DNA of 64,000 nt from Obrimoposthia wandeli (lineage: Eukaryota): NCBI GenBank assembly GCA_977020255.1, contig CDROCS010003798.1, positions 124,001-188,000 on the forward strand, given 5' to 3'. The notes under the pieces are model-generated. The model did not search any database, was not told the origin of the DNA, and saw nothing but the letters and a program-made list of their open reading frames with translations. Position numbers and translations under genes: made by a program. Below, one piece after another: positions 49,798 to 61,830 of this stretch; position 1 is the stretch's first letter, and each line of letters opens with the position of its first letter.

Positions 49798-50963
49798 CTA
49801 CAAATCCATTTAAATTTAAGCATGCAAATATGATTCGTAAAATAGGTTTTTAAAATAAGGCCAATTATTTTATTCCAAGTTACATCGTAAATAACAAAGT
49901 CAAACAAATATTTACTATCTAATAATATATTTCAGTTAAATTTGCATTTTGACAAATGGAATGTAAATTATTTTCCATACTTAGATATAATATTAAATTT
50001 TTAACTATTTAATATTCCAGATTAACAATTAAATCGTCTTGGTAACATTTTTAATAAACCCTTAAGAATTATATTTAAATTAAAGAAAAGTGTGAGTACA
50101 AGTGAACACTGAATAAAACTCCATTACTTACAGAGAAAAGCCAGATTAAATTCAAGATCTTACACTTAAAAAAAGGAATTTTCTCACAAAATTCTAAATA
50201 TTTATGTGATCGTTTCGAGCCTAGTGCAGTGAGCAAGTTGTTAAGGTTTAGAAACGGACAAATAATTATAATAGATTAAATAAAATAGCTTATATATATA
50301 GACCTGGCCAAAAACATATAATAGGGAAAATTAAAATTACAAAATTACCCAAAAAATTAAAAACTGAAATGAGTCGATTAACTCTAAAATAGAGATGATT
50401 TGGGCTGACTATATACATCGAGTCAGACCTAGAACTACTAGAAATGAAGATTTGTTGATGTTCTTAGGTAAAAGCGTAAGTAGGAACAACCATTTAGGCT
50501 AAAATGTACAGGTCTGAAAAGAGGGTAACATTCACTTCCTATAATTTTTACGTTAAACATTTTCCATCCTACATTTTTATGTATTTTTTTATTTCAAAAA
50601 ATTATTTCCTAAAATCAGTTTCACAATTAGTTTTGCCCAAAACTTAATTTGACAAAAAATTAAAAGTTTTAAATCTTGTTGTGAGTAATTTTTTTTCTCA
50701 ATTTTTTTTAAAATATCACGTGTCTTAGTTCCATTTCTTTTACTGAAAAAACAAACACACTTTTGTTTTACTAAAGTGTGTTTGTTTTTTTACATTAAAC
50801 ATTTTCTATCTTAAATATTTATATATTTTTTTATCTCAAAAAATTATTTCCTAAAATCAGTTTCACAATTAAAAAATTAAAAGTTTTAAATCTTGTTATG
50901 AGTAATTTTTTTTCTTTAAGTACAAGTGGGTTGATCTTTGGACCCCAGATGATAGGGAGTCTA

Positions 50964-51019
50964 ACTTTTTAACTCATGGCTCAACGAATTGTCGTAGTTG
51001 AGCTGATGAGTTAGAAAGT
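50964..51019. other. 56-nt hairpin with a ~21-bp stem
   Basis: ACTTTTTAACTCATGGCTCAAC pairs with GTTGAGCTGATGAGTTAGAAAGT around an 11-nt loop. Confidence 0.5.
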
Positions 51020-51529
51020 ACACTTTACACTACTAGACAAAAAAAAATAAAAAAATAAGGGTTGTTCTAATGCCATGGCATCCGAATACCGAATATCAAA
51101 TAATTATTGGAAATTGTTACCCGATAAAAGATAGTTACCAATCCCTCAAAGATTGGATTAATAACTATGAACATAAAATTAACAATAATAACAATAACAA
51201 TTAAATTGAGAGCAGATTGAAATGAAATATTATCCCTTAATTGACGAGCACTAGTATTAACATAATTGGTAGATCGAGAAATGCTACCTGAAGCCAATCT
51301 TGCCAATTTTTTGGTTATATTGTCAGAGGAATATTTTAAACAAATGTTAAAATTCACAAACAGATAATTAAATTGAATTTATATAATTAAATTACAAATA
51401 TTTATAATTATATAACAAGGAAAATTTTGTCCATGAACTAAATATAAATTAAATTAAAATTAAAATTAAAAAACAGAAACTCTAATAAAAAAATCAATTA
51501 ACTTAATTTGAAAATTAAGAGGAAGTTCA

Positions 51530-54500
51530 CCTGATATGACTATGACAAAACACTTCCACGGCCTTGTTTACTTGCAATTTTAATTGCAACATACCCCTTC
51601 CTTGATTGACCCTAATCAACAATACAACAAGGGGAATGTCACAAAATATTGCTACTTGAACAGAGAAAACAAAGCCACAGAGAACAAAAAAGAAAACACT
51701 CTCTCTCATAATACTTGACATAAATTTCTTATAGACTTCGTCTTCTCTTTCCCCTCCACCATCAATCTGACTATCCGTACCAATCCATATTGTCCCTCTA
51801 TTAATTTCAGTATTCTCGTTAGTGGCCATTTTCCTCGCTCATTTTTTTCCAAAAAACCAGTACGATATCCTCTACTTTCAATGGTTCCTCCGTTTCTCAA
51901 CATTTTTGTCTAACTGCCTACATTGGCACTATCTCATCCATCCACCTTTTCCATAATTGTTCCATCAAACCTTGTAACAACTTCCACCGATGTTTCACAT
52001 TATTCGTGGTCAAGTCGCAATTCAGGTATCAAAAAAACTATTGGCGTCAATGAAATAATTTCTTTATTATCTTGACTCAGATAACCCAATGGCCGAGAAT
52101 TCACCAGATTTTCAACTTCAATTAACATTGTACCAAATTCTTCATCTGACAATTCCGCCCTCTACATCACTCTTTTCATCGCCCTTTTTACTGACTTCAC
52201 CATTATCTCAAAGACACCATCAAAGTGAGGACTACCTGGCGGATTTAAAATCCATCTAATCTCATTCTTTACTAACTCTGCTTTAAGTGCATAAGTATCA
52301 AACTTAACCTCTTCTATTAGATTTGCTGTTCCCACGAAATTCAATCCATCATCCGATAACATCAATGTTGGCCTTCCTCTCCTACCCATAAACCTTAAAC
52401 GCTCTGATGAACACATCAGTATCCAAACCCTATGTCATCTCCAAATGAACCGCTTGAGTCTGTAGACAAGTAAACAGACAAACATACATTTTGGCTTTTA
52501 CTTGTCTCCGACTTTGCTTTGTCAAAAAAAGATCATGCAAAGTCCACACCGACTCTTACAAACGCCCTGAGTGGTTCTTCCAACCTGAACTTTGGTAACG
52601 GTGCCATCATATTTTGCATATGAGCTGCTTTTGCTCTTTTACAAATCACACATTCCGTTTCAACTTTTATAATCAATCTTCAAGCCTTTAATATCCAAAA
52701 TCTTCTCTGTAGTAAACTTAATATGTGCTGGACTCCGGCGTAGTGAAAGTTTCTATCATGCAAATCCTTCACTACTAATCTTGCTAGCCAGCCTTCACTT
52801 TCTATCGTAATTTAAGAATTCAGCATGAATTAATCTGGAGTTTGTTCTTAACATACCTCCTTCATCTATAAATGGTCTTAATTTCAAGATTTTACTGTTT
52901 TTCAAGACTTCCCCAGTCTTCATTAAGCTTTTCATTTCTGTCTTAAAATATATCCATTGATCCTCTTTGATCAACTTAATCATACTGAGTTATATCTCTT
53001 CACGATCAATTCTCCTCTTTTCCGTACTTCTATTTTCTTCCGGCAATTATTTATAAATCGATTCATCCAAGCTCTTATCCTTTTTAATCTTGTCAAACTA
53101 GAATATTTTTCGATTTCTAGTATCTTTTCATGTGAGACTTTCACTTCATATGTTAATAAAGTACATACTTTCTTTTCCATATCCTCGAATTGTGTAAATT
53201 TATGATTTATCGGCCACATCTCTTTTGTTTTTTGTTTGAAATATACTGGTCCTTCTCACCAGGCATTCCCAAGAAGCATTCATCTATACTTACCCCTCGT
53301 GATAAAACATCCACTGGATTTTCCTTTGTCGGTACGTGTCTCCATTGATTTATATCCGTTGTTTCTTGGATCTTTCCAATTCTATTTGCAACAAACAGTT
53401 TTTAATTTCTACCTTGTTGTTTTATCTACCACAACACATATTCACTATCTGACCAGAATATCACCTTCTTACAATCTTCATTCCACTATCTCGCTATAAC
53501 ATTTGCTAGTTTAATCCCTTCACATGTGACCATAAATTCCAATCTTGGAATACTCACTGTTTTCAACGATGCTACTTTCGATTTCGCTGCTATTTACACA
53601 ACTTTTACTTTCCCTTTTTCCCTTGTCCGTAGATATGCAACGGATCCATAGGCTTCTGATGAAGTATCTACGAAGACGTGAATTTCCCTCTCTTTATCCG
53701 GTTCTATTTCGAACCATCTTGGAATTTGGACTCCGCATAGTTCTTTACATTGTGAACGCCATATCATTATATCTTTCCTTAAATCTCCTTCTATTTTTTC
53801 GTCGCAGCCTAATCTACTTAATTATATTTTTTGCATCAATATTTTTGCTTTTACAATAAACGGACCTAACGAATCCTAAAGGGTCAAATACTGTAGACAA
53901 AATAGTTAAGAACTCTTGCTTACTAATATTGATCCCATAATCTACTTTAGTTTTAAAAATGAAATAATCTTCTTGATGATCTCATTAAATACCTAATGTC
54001 TTGACTTGACGTTCTTCATCTTTGATTCGTAATACTTTTGCTTGATCCGATAATAGAATCTGCTTGTTAATTTCCTCACTACTCGTTATCCATTTCTGGT
54101 TTCTATTTTCGCTCCTCGCCATATTTCTTTCACTTCTAACATTGTACTCTTCGCTAGATCTTCTGTATCTATTGAGCACAATTTATCATCCATATATGTA
54201 TTTTCCAAGATCAATCTCATCTCGCACTATCTGGATACTTATCTTGATATCTTCCCACGTTTTCCCTTGATACTATCTGTGCCAAAATGGCGATACATTT
54301 AACCCGAACTAATCCATTCGTATTCATAGGTTACTATATTCCCTTCTTTATCGTTCCATAAGAAACGTAACCATTTTCGATCTGATTGATTTACTTTTAC
54401 TTGTAAATACATTTCTGTAACATCACAAGCCAATGCTATTCTTTTATCTCGAAATCTGAGCAGTATTTCCATCACATCTCCTTGTAGCTTTGGCCGGCTA

Positions 54501-57500
54501 TTAATGGAATCGTTTAAACACTTTTCGCAATCTTTTGCAGCGGTGTCGAAAACTATTCTTACTTTAGTAGTATTTCAATCTCGTTTTACCACCAGAAAAT
54601 GCGGTAAATACCATCGCGTATCCTTCGTATCTTCTTACTTAAGTAATCTTATATGCCCTTTATTTTCTTGATCATCTATGATCTTTGAGTAATCTTCTGA
54701 TAATTCCTTGTCTTTATTTAATCTTCTTTGTAAACTCTGCAATCTTCTCATTGCCATTTGCTCATTAACTTGAAGTTTCATAATCCCTTCTTTCCATGGA
54801 ATCTTCACTTCATATCTTCCTTCTTCCATTACCATTGCATTTACGCTATTCTCGTAACTCAACTTATCCGTCTTATTCATTATTTTTACATCTTCGCAAA
54901 TATTTTCAACTTCCCAAAATCGACGTAGCTGATTATCTAATTCAGTGTTTCCCAAATAACTTATGATAAAGTTTGTTAGGTTTTGGTATGGCCTTCCTAG
55001 ATTCACTCTACCTACACATGTCCACCCTAATGGGGTCTTTGTTGCTATCGGATCTTTAGACCCTCCCATCGTTCTTCAATGCTCTTATGTATCTCAATCA
55101 AATCTGATCCTATCAGCATATCGACTTGATTTATGTTCTCACTTGCTGGGAACTTGATATCTTGTAGATGTTTCTATCTCTTGTTAATACTATTCCAATC
55201 GACTACTCGTAAGTCTCCCGTAACCTCCTTTATTGCTAATGCTTGAATTCTTCTTCCAAATGACTTTTCTAAATTTTGAATTAGAAATGACACCCTTTTA
55301 CAATCCAAGTTTATATCTGTCCTCCGATTACCCATACTGGCGTTTTTACTTCCTCACCTTGCAATTTTAAATAGTCGGGCGCTGTTTTGCTAATGTAGCT
55401 TACCGTGCTCACATCGTCCAGTAATGCGTTGATTTTGATTTCTTCCCCTCTATTCTTTATTATGACTGGCACTGTTCTTAACATCACAGTTGACTTGTTA
55501 TCAACGTGTAGATTTGTTTGATTTTCGGAACTGTCTTTCTTCACGTGTAATAGCCAATGATGTTTGTTCTTGCGCCCGTCTATTTTACATGCTGATTCTC
55601 TTCTGCATTCTTTGACCCAATGCCCCGGCTTTAAACAGTTATTAAACAATTTCTTCTGCTTGACTTCTGCCCATTTTTCTTCTATTTCCATTTCTTTAAA
55701 CTTAAAGCATTGATCGGTGTAATGTACTCCTCGACAATTGTGACATTTTTTCCATGTTTCAGGATCCATCTTTGGTGATGTTAACTTTGATTGTTCTGGA
55801 ACTATATTTTTTGGCGCGTTGCTAAAATATGCATTCTTGTTTGGATATGTTTGTCTTTGATTATATCGGTTAATTTCTACAAACTTGTATCTTTGCTCAG
55901 GTTTTCTTTTATTCTCCTGACATACTTCTTTTGCTTCTCTTAAATCTTCCGTCTTTTGCTGGGCCCATTTTAACATTTCTTCCATTGAATCCGTTTTATC
56001 TTCTTGTCTTTTCCATTGTGTCCATTCAATAATTGATTGTCTATGTATCTACTTTAGAAAGGTCTATTACAGGTAGCTGTTGCCTAAATCTTATTCTTTA
56101 TTTAAGACTTTCAACTTCATTATAGTCCTTTCCAACAGCTCCGTGGACCTTTCAAACTCCCTGATATCCTCTTCTCGCATTACTTTGAAGCTATCGACAT
56201 CATTAAGGATGTTTCGATAATCTCTTTCGTTGCCCCCATACCTTTAGTTCAGTCTTTCTATGGCTACGTCGTAGGCTTCTGACAACAACCCAAAATTTTC
56301 GATTAATTTGATTGGCTCTGGTCCTAAATACTGTCGTAAGTGCAGTAATTTGCTTGACCTTTCAGCATTCACCTTTCCCACTAGTTCCTGAAACATAGTC
56401 TTCCAGTTCTCGTACTTTTCTGTACATCAGTTGAAAGTGGGTAACGTTAATCTTCTCAACTCTGATAATTCTTTACGTACAATATATATTTTGTCGTTCT
56501 CATAAATTGGCTCCTCCTTATTAACTCTTTTTCCTTCTCTTTGTAGCCAACATTGCTATTTTTTAACTTAAACCCTTGCGTTACTTCCCTATTTACTTCG
56601 TGACCTGAATAGTCTTTACTTAACTTACTTGTCATCTTTTGATCATTAAATATTAAGACGTACAATGAACTCTTTTCTAAATCAAGAGGCAAGATATAAT
56701 TGTGAAGAGTAATAAGTCATAAATTTTCTCTTTCTGTGTAGCTGCCATCTGGATAATCCTTTTCCCCTCGTAACTCCACTTCGCTTCATACATTTCATCT
56801 CTTATTTGTAATTGGGACGGTCTGACATTCTTTACTTTTGCTATGATAAATTTTAACTCTTCGTTCGATATCCCTTGGTAGACCTGTTTTTTTTCTGACC
56901 TTTCCTTGGTCTTCTATTGTGATTATTACTTTTTGCTTTTCTTCTTCGTCTAACTTCCAATTTTTATATAATTTTCCTGCTTTCTTGATTATCTTGTTTT
57001 GTGTCTTACTAAGACTCTTCTCCATTTTTTTTTCTGGGCAGTTGATATTTCATGGTCCTTACAACTTCCCTGCTGCAGTTTTGTCCTTCTATCTCCTTTA
57101 AACTTTTATCCCTTTCTTCTCCTCTGACTAACTTATTGAAGAGCACTTTCACTCTTTCCCTTCTTCCCTCCTTCTCTCTTTTCCTTTTTCTTCCCTTCCT
57201 CTCTCAACTCTCCGTTGCTCTATTTTTACTATTACTATTTTAATCACTATTATTTTTATTATTGTCAACACTTAATCCTTCATCTTGCCTCTCATTTCCA
57301 GACTCTCCACTCTTCCGGCTTCCCGAGACAACTGTTTACCGGTTTGTGGAGTTCTGTTGACTCGAGTGGCAAGATTTTGAGTATTATTATTTTTACCTTT
57401 TATTTTATGACATATAGGATAAGAAACATAAGAATTTTTGTTCATGTCATTTTGAATCACAAGTTGATAGTTGTTCTTCATCAGCTTTTGGTGTTTAATC

Positions 57501-57652
57501 AGATGCTTCCTCTGTAGCTTTGGTTGCGACCTTTGGGTTCTCCTCAACAACTTTTGTCCCTTCTTTGACAGTCTTGGTTTCTGAGTTCGCTTTTGGCTTC
57601 TTCTCGACCTTCGCTGGTTTTTTAGCTTAACCACTAACCAAAACTTCCGCAC
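51530..57652 (-). mobile_element. BEL/Pao LTR retrotransposon, heavily decayed (gag-PR-RT-RH-IN)
   Basis: Triple zinc knuckle, ALLDDVSTVSYI protease, KTPLGW, WYLPHF, YMDD, LHVFVDTSSEAYG RNase H region, HHCC finger, SDDGLNFVG and NPPGSPHFDGVFE integrase; purine tract GGAAGGGGTA then TG-starting LTR at 51591. Confidence 0.92.
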
Positions 57653-57996
57653 TAGGACACTCCATCTTTTTTCCCGCCAACTCTATCTTTTGTGGCCATT
57701 TCATCTTTGTGGAGAAAGGGAGGTTTACCGCACAAAATTTTAAATAAATCTACCTCACATGCCCGTACATCAACTTTCTCCTCTTTTCGTCCGTTATAAT
57801 AACTAGTTTGCATCAATTTATCAGATATATCTGAATAAATAACTAAATTTTCTTCGAAATATTGGCGACTTTTTAAATATTTTTTACGTTGATTTTTATT
57901 TATCAAACATACCATCTGATTTACCCTCGAATTATTATCATACGCTTTATTTTCACTAGTTTCATCATATATTGATTGTGTAAATTTATTTATCAT
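57652..57996 (-). pseudogene. Possible protein kinase relic (subdomain IX-like)
   Basis: NGRKEEKVDVRACEVDLFKILCGKPPF resembles Aurora-type [28 protein letters not shown]; other subdomains not convincing. Confidence 0.3.
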
Positions 57997-58239
57997 ATAT
58001 TAGTCTCATTATATTCTTTATTTAAATTTAAACTTTTTTGAGGCAATTTGAAGGGGCCACCACAACCTAACGCTTCACTATGATCTTTTGTAATAATAAT
58101 TTCTTGAGCTCTTTTTGTTTCTCTGTCTGGCTTGGCCTCAAAGAACTTTTTAACAAGATAACCGGACACCAAAGACAGACAGAAGTTGTGCACTTTTTTT
58201 CTAGATCAAGATGATTCTAAGATGAAACCAAACTTGACT

Positions 58240-59128
58240 TGCGACAGGCAAACATCTGATTTGAGAAAACTTTAATCGCAGCAGGCCATCACTCTTCATT
58301 CATGAGTGACTCCAACTCTTTCTGATTATCCATGTTGATTTGGCAAGATTGTGTGGGAATATGTGAGACAGTGTCAATGTGCCCGAGTATCATCTTCTTT
58401 TTTTCTGGTCGTAGAAAAATTACAGATTACCCTATTTGACCGTTTCTAGCTGTACGTCCAACACGATGAATGTACAGTTCTAGGTTCAAGGGAATATTGT
58501 AGTGTAACACAATTGACACATTTAAGATATCCACACCTCGAGATACTGCATCAACACACAGCAGTATGGCGTCATCAGACCTATTAAATTGTAGAAAGGT
58601 AGAGGTTTTCTGATTAGAGTCCATAGCAGAGTGGGTTGCCATGATCCAATCATTGCAACTGTAGTCATGAATCAGCTCATAGTAGAACTTTATTTGTCCC
58701 GAAGAGGACATAAAAACCATCATATTCGTATGAAACTTTATCATATGCATAAGAACCTCTAGACGCTGATAGGGTAATACCTCTAATTACTCACGAGAAA
58801 CAGTTTCTGTAAGTTTAACAGAAGTCATCATATTGACACACTTGAAATTAGCAGTAAAGACACTTTTAGCAAACTCTTTTAAGTCAGCTTGGTTATCTTC
58901 ATTATTTTTCAGTGTCGCTGATAACATCATTTTCCTGCGTTTCTTAGGTAATAAACGTGCAATAGAACACACAATCGGGCGATGTTGCGCTGAGAAATAA
59001 TGATTGGCTTCATCCAAAATCAGAATAGATAGATTGTCGCACATCAGCAGCTTCTTCGTATATTCACAACACACTCTGTTACCATTTTGTAAACTAAGGA
59101 ATTCATTTGAAATATATTCGAAAATCAA
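58240..59128 (-). pseudogene. DEAD-box RNA helicase relic (DDX18/Has1-like), intronless, 5' truncated
   Basis: LILDEAN, MLSATL, DAVSRGVDI, YIHRVGRTARNG, then IFLRPE; one frame continued across two TAA stops; Q-motif and motif I absent. Confidence 0.85.
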
Positions 59129-59269
59129 ACAACATCAACACTGAGATAAATAAAGCTACTTTCTCAAATATTTCACAAGCTCAAAAAATTAACAACAATT
59201 AGTGTAAACTAATGAATCCATATGTGTTTATTTATTTTAAAAAACTGCGGTTGTATTATTTTTTTGATA

Positions 59270-59329
59270 TAGTTAAACAAAAAACTCCCACGGCCTTGTG
59301 TAATTTTAGGTGTAATTTTAATTGCAACA
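59270..59329 (-). repeat. ~60-bp match to the start of the BEL 3' LTR (candidate 5' LTR start)
   Basis: TGTTGCAATTAAAATT...ACAAGGCCGTGG shared with 51591-51530; similarity stops afterwards. Confidence 0.55.
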
Positions 59330-59530
59330 TGTATATTTGCCATCACTATCTCGGGCTTCAGATATAAGCCAAATAGTCAATAGCTGCCGGGAACTGAAAA
59401 AAATAGATTAAACTAATGCCAAGTGCATTACTTCATTAAGAATTAATGAATTTGTTAATAAATTAATATTTTATTCAAGTTTTCTATATAGAATAATTAA
59501 ATTTCCTTACATAAATATATCGTATTAATG

Positions 59531-59833
59531 CAAAGGTTCTCAAAGTGGGTTCCGTAGACAACATCAGGGGTTCCGCGAGCAGAAATTTAATTATTTTTTT
59601 GATAAAATTGGCATTTACGTTACTTGGCTTTACCTACTAGGTCATAGACCCAATATAACTACTTAATAAACACTTCATTAGTTTATCTTTAATTTTTTAT
59701 TCATTTTTCATTATAAATAAGTTTTATTTTTATTCTTCACTTTATGATTTTAGGTATTTTTAAATAGTTAGAGGTTCCAATATTCTTAAATAAAATTAAA
59801 GGGTTATGCAGCAAAAAAAGTTTGGGACCCCAG
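59531..59833. mobile_element. hAT MITE, copy 3
   Basis: CAAAGGTTCTCAAAG / TTTGGGACCCCAG ends; internal identity with copies 1 and 2. Confidence 0.72.
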
Positions 59834-61044
59834 GTCTAATGACATAAAGTAGTGAAGAAGATTGATCAGTTTCGCGCGTTCAGATACTCCCACGGTTGTT
59901 GATGTTATCTTTGTCAAACTCGAAGCCATTTAGGAACTATGCATGTAAATTATTTTTAGGAATCTAGTGTAATAATTGTGATCACACTGAGTGCTCTGGA
60001 AACAGAATCATTCTGAAAACATAAATATGTCTTATATGTTCAAATTAATTGTTTTTTATTTAATGTATACATTTTGTAAACAAATATCTTGTTATATAAT
60101 TTTTTTTATTTCACTTTATTATGATTAAAAATTTACTTAATGTTTATTAGGATTTTCAAGTTGATTAAACAAAAATTATTTTAGTAATTTCATTTAACGA
60201 ACTATAACAACAACAAAAAAGTATAAAAAATACTATTAAAAATAACTTTTATTGAAATAATTTTTCAAAAATAAATACTGATTTATCTGTAATTTACAAT
60301 TGAAGTCTGAGCATTAGGACTGCTAAACAATGTTTTAAATGAATTATTATGATAATGACTTATTTTAGAAAAATTTTAATTTTAAATAAAATACCACAAT
60401 TTTTGAATATTGAATAATAAATCACCTCAAGATAACACTTTCAAAACTAATTTATATTCTAACGTCGATAAGTGATTATTCAAGACTTAAATATTATAAA
60501 GTATGTATACTGGAAATAATACGTGGTAGAATTAATTATAACAGAATACGATAATTTTATTTAGTTAAGAATAAATTTTTCTAGTGATATTTTTATTTTC
60601 ACAAAGATTGTAAGATATGTTCTTCATAATTTCAATTCTAACCTACTGTGCATATACCAGGGTTTATAATCGAGGTTTAAATAGACAAAATAGGAATATT
60701 TATGAATTATTTGCTGAAATACAAATATAACAAAGTTCATAGAAAAATGTTCAATATCTTTCTCTAATAAATTTTAAATTAACTATAAACAAACAGTTTC
60801 GCATTTTCAAACATATTCAAGAAGTAATACAAATGAGATCTCTTCTAATAAATTATTTTGTTTGAAATGATAACCTGGGCTATCGTTTTCTATCGTGACC
60901 AATAAGATTTCTACAATATCGTGCAATTTTTCAAATTGTCGTACACTACTCCAAAATGTGTAAATTTAATTTTGATATTTAGCACTTTATTCCTTTTAGT
61001 ATTTATTTGAATAATTGAGACTTTGTATTTATAATCTTCTCAAA

Positions 61045-61830
61045 ATGTCTACGGACAAAGAGGCTTCAACATGTTTTACAAGTGACAATTTCTGTCAAGC
61101 TGGCGAATCTTTTTGTCAAAAGGATTCTACGAATGATGCATGGATGAAACCGTCTTTCATTGATCCTACGATGGTAGACTTCGAAACCCAAATGAAAAAC
61201 GTAGATTTATATAAATCGTATTGGTTTAATAGTATTATTTAGTCAATGATGGGGAAAGTTATGGAGAGTTTCGAGAAAACAATGAATGAGCAGACGCGGA
61301 AATTTGATGAAATCCGAAGGTAGGCAATGATGTGTACAAGGTTCAAATAATACCTTTTAGTTTATCTAATGAACCAATGATTAGCTATTTACTTACTCAC
61401 TAGATTATGTCGAATATTGAATATTTTCCTATTTAAGAAGCACTCGTATTAAAGCTACAATAAGTTGTGCGCCACCAAGTTTCAGTTCGAGAGACCCTGT
61501 AAAACAATATCTGATGCACTTTTGAATAATACGTTATCATTAGAATCCTTAATATCTTTTCATATCTTTCATTGGATTGGCTAGAATAAAAATAAGGGTT
61601 TTCTTAACCAATTTTCACATTCCAGAATGGCTGATTTGGAAGAACGAAAAAGAGACAAGAATCAGAATACTCAGCACATACCGAGCAATATCAAAAATGA
61701 GTAAGTTAAAGGTGACTTAGATGTTGTTCTGACGGTTTCTGTAGGGGTGTCAGCCTTAACACCTTGTGGAAGAAGGTGCACAATATGTTGCTCAATACTG
61801 ACGAACCCAGCATCAGTGGCCGTGACCTAA
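61045..61830 (+). CDS. Possible exons of an unidentified plus-strand host gene
   Basis: Open coding-like islands (MSTDKEAS.., MADLEERKETRIRILSTYRAISK, TLWKKVHNMLLNTDEPSISGRDL|GTAATC); structure not resolved. Confidence 0.3.

Noticed and set aside
50590-50910. Local AT-rich direct and inverted duplications
   Set aside because: Low-complexity slippage products with no sign of function.
53236-57517. Plus-strand hydrophobic ORFs over the BEL element
   Set aside because: Antisense shadows of the purine-rich gag-pol strand.
8099-59128. Stop-codon reassignment (many in-frame TAA in integrase, penton, IAP, core protein, helicase)
   Set aside because: TAG, TGA and frameshifts also disrupt these genes and TAA terminates normal ORFs; AT-biased decay is sufficient.
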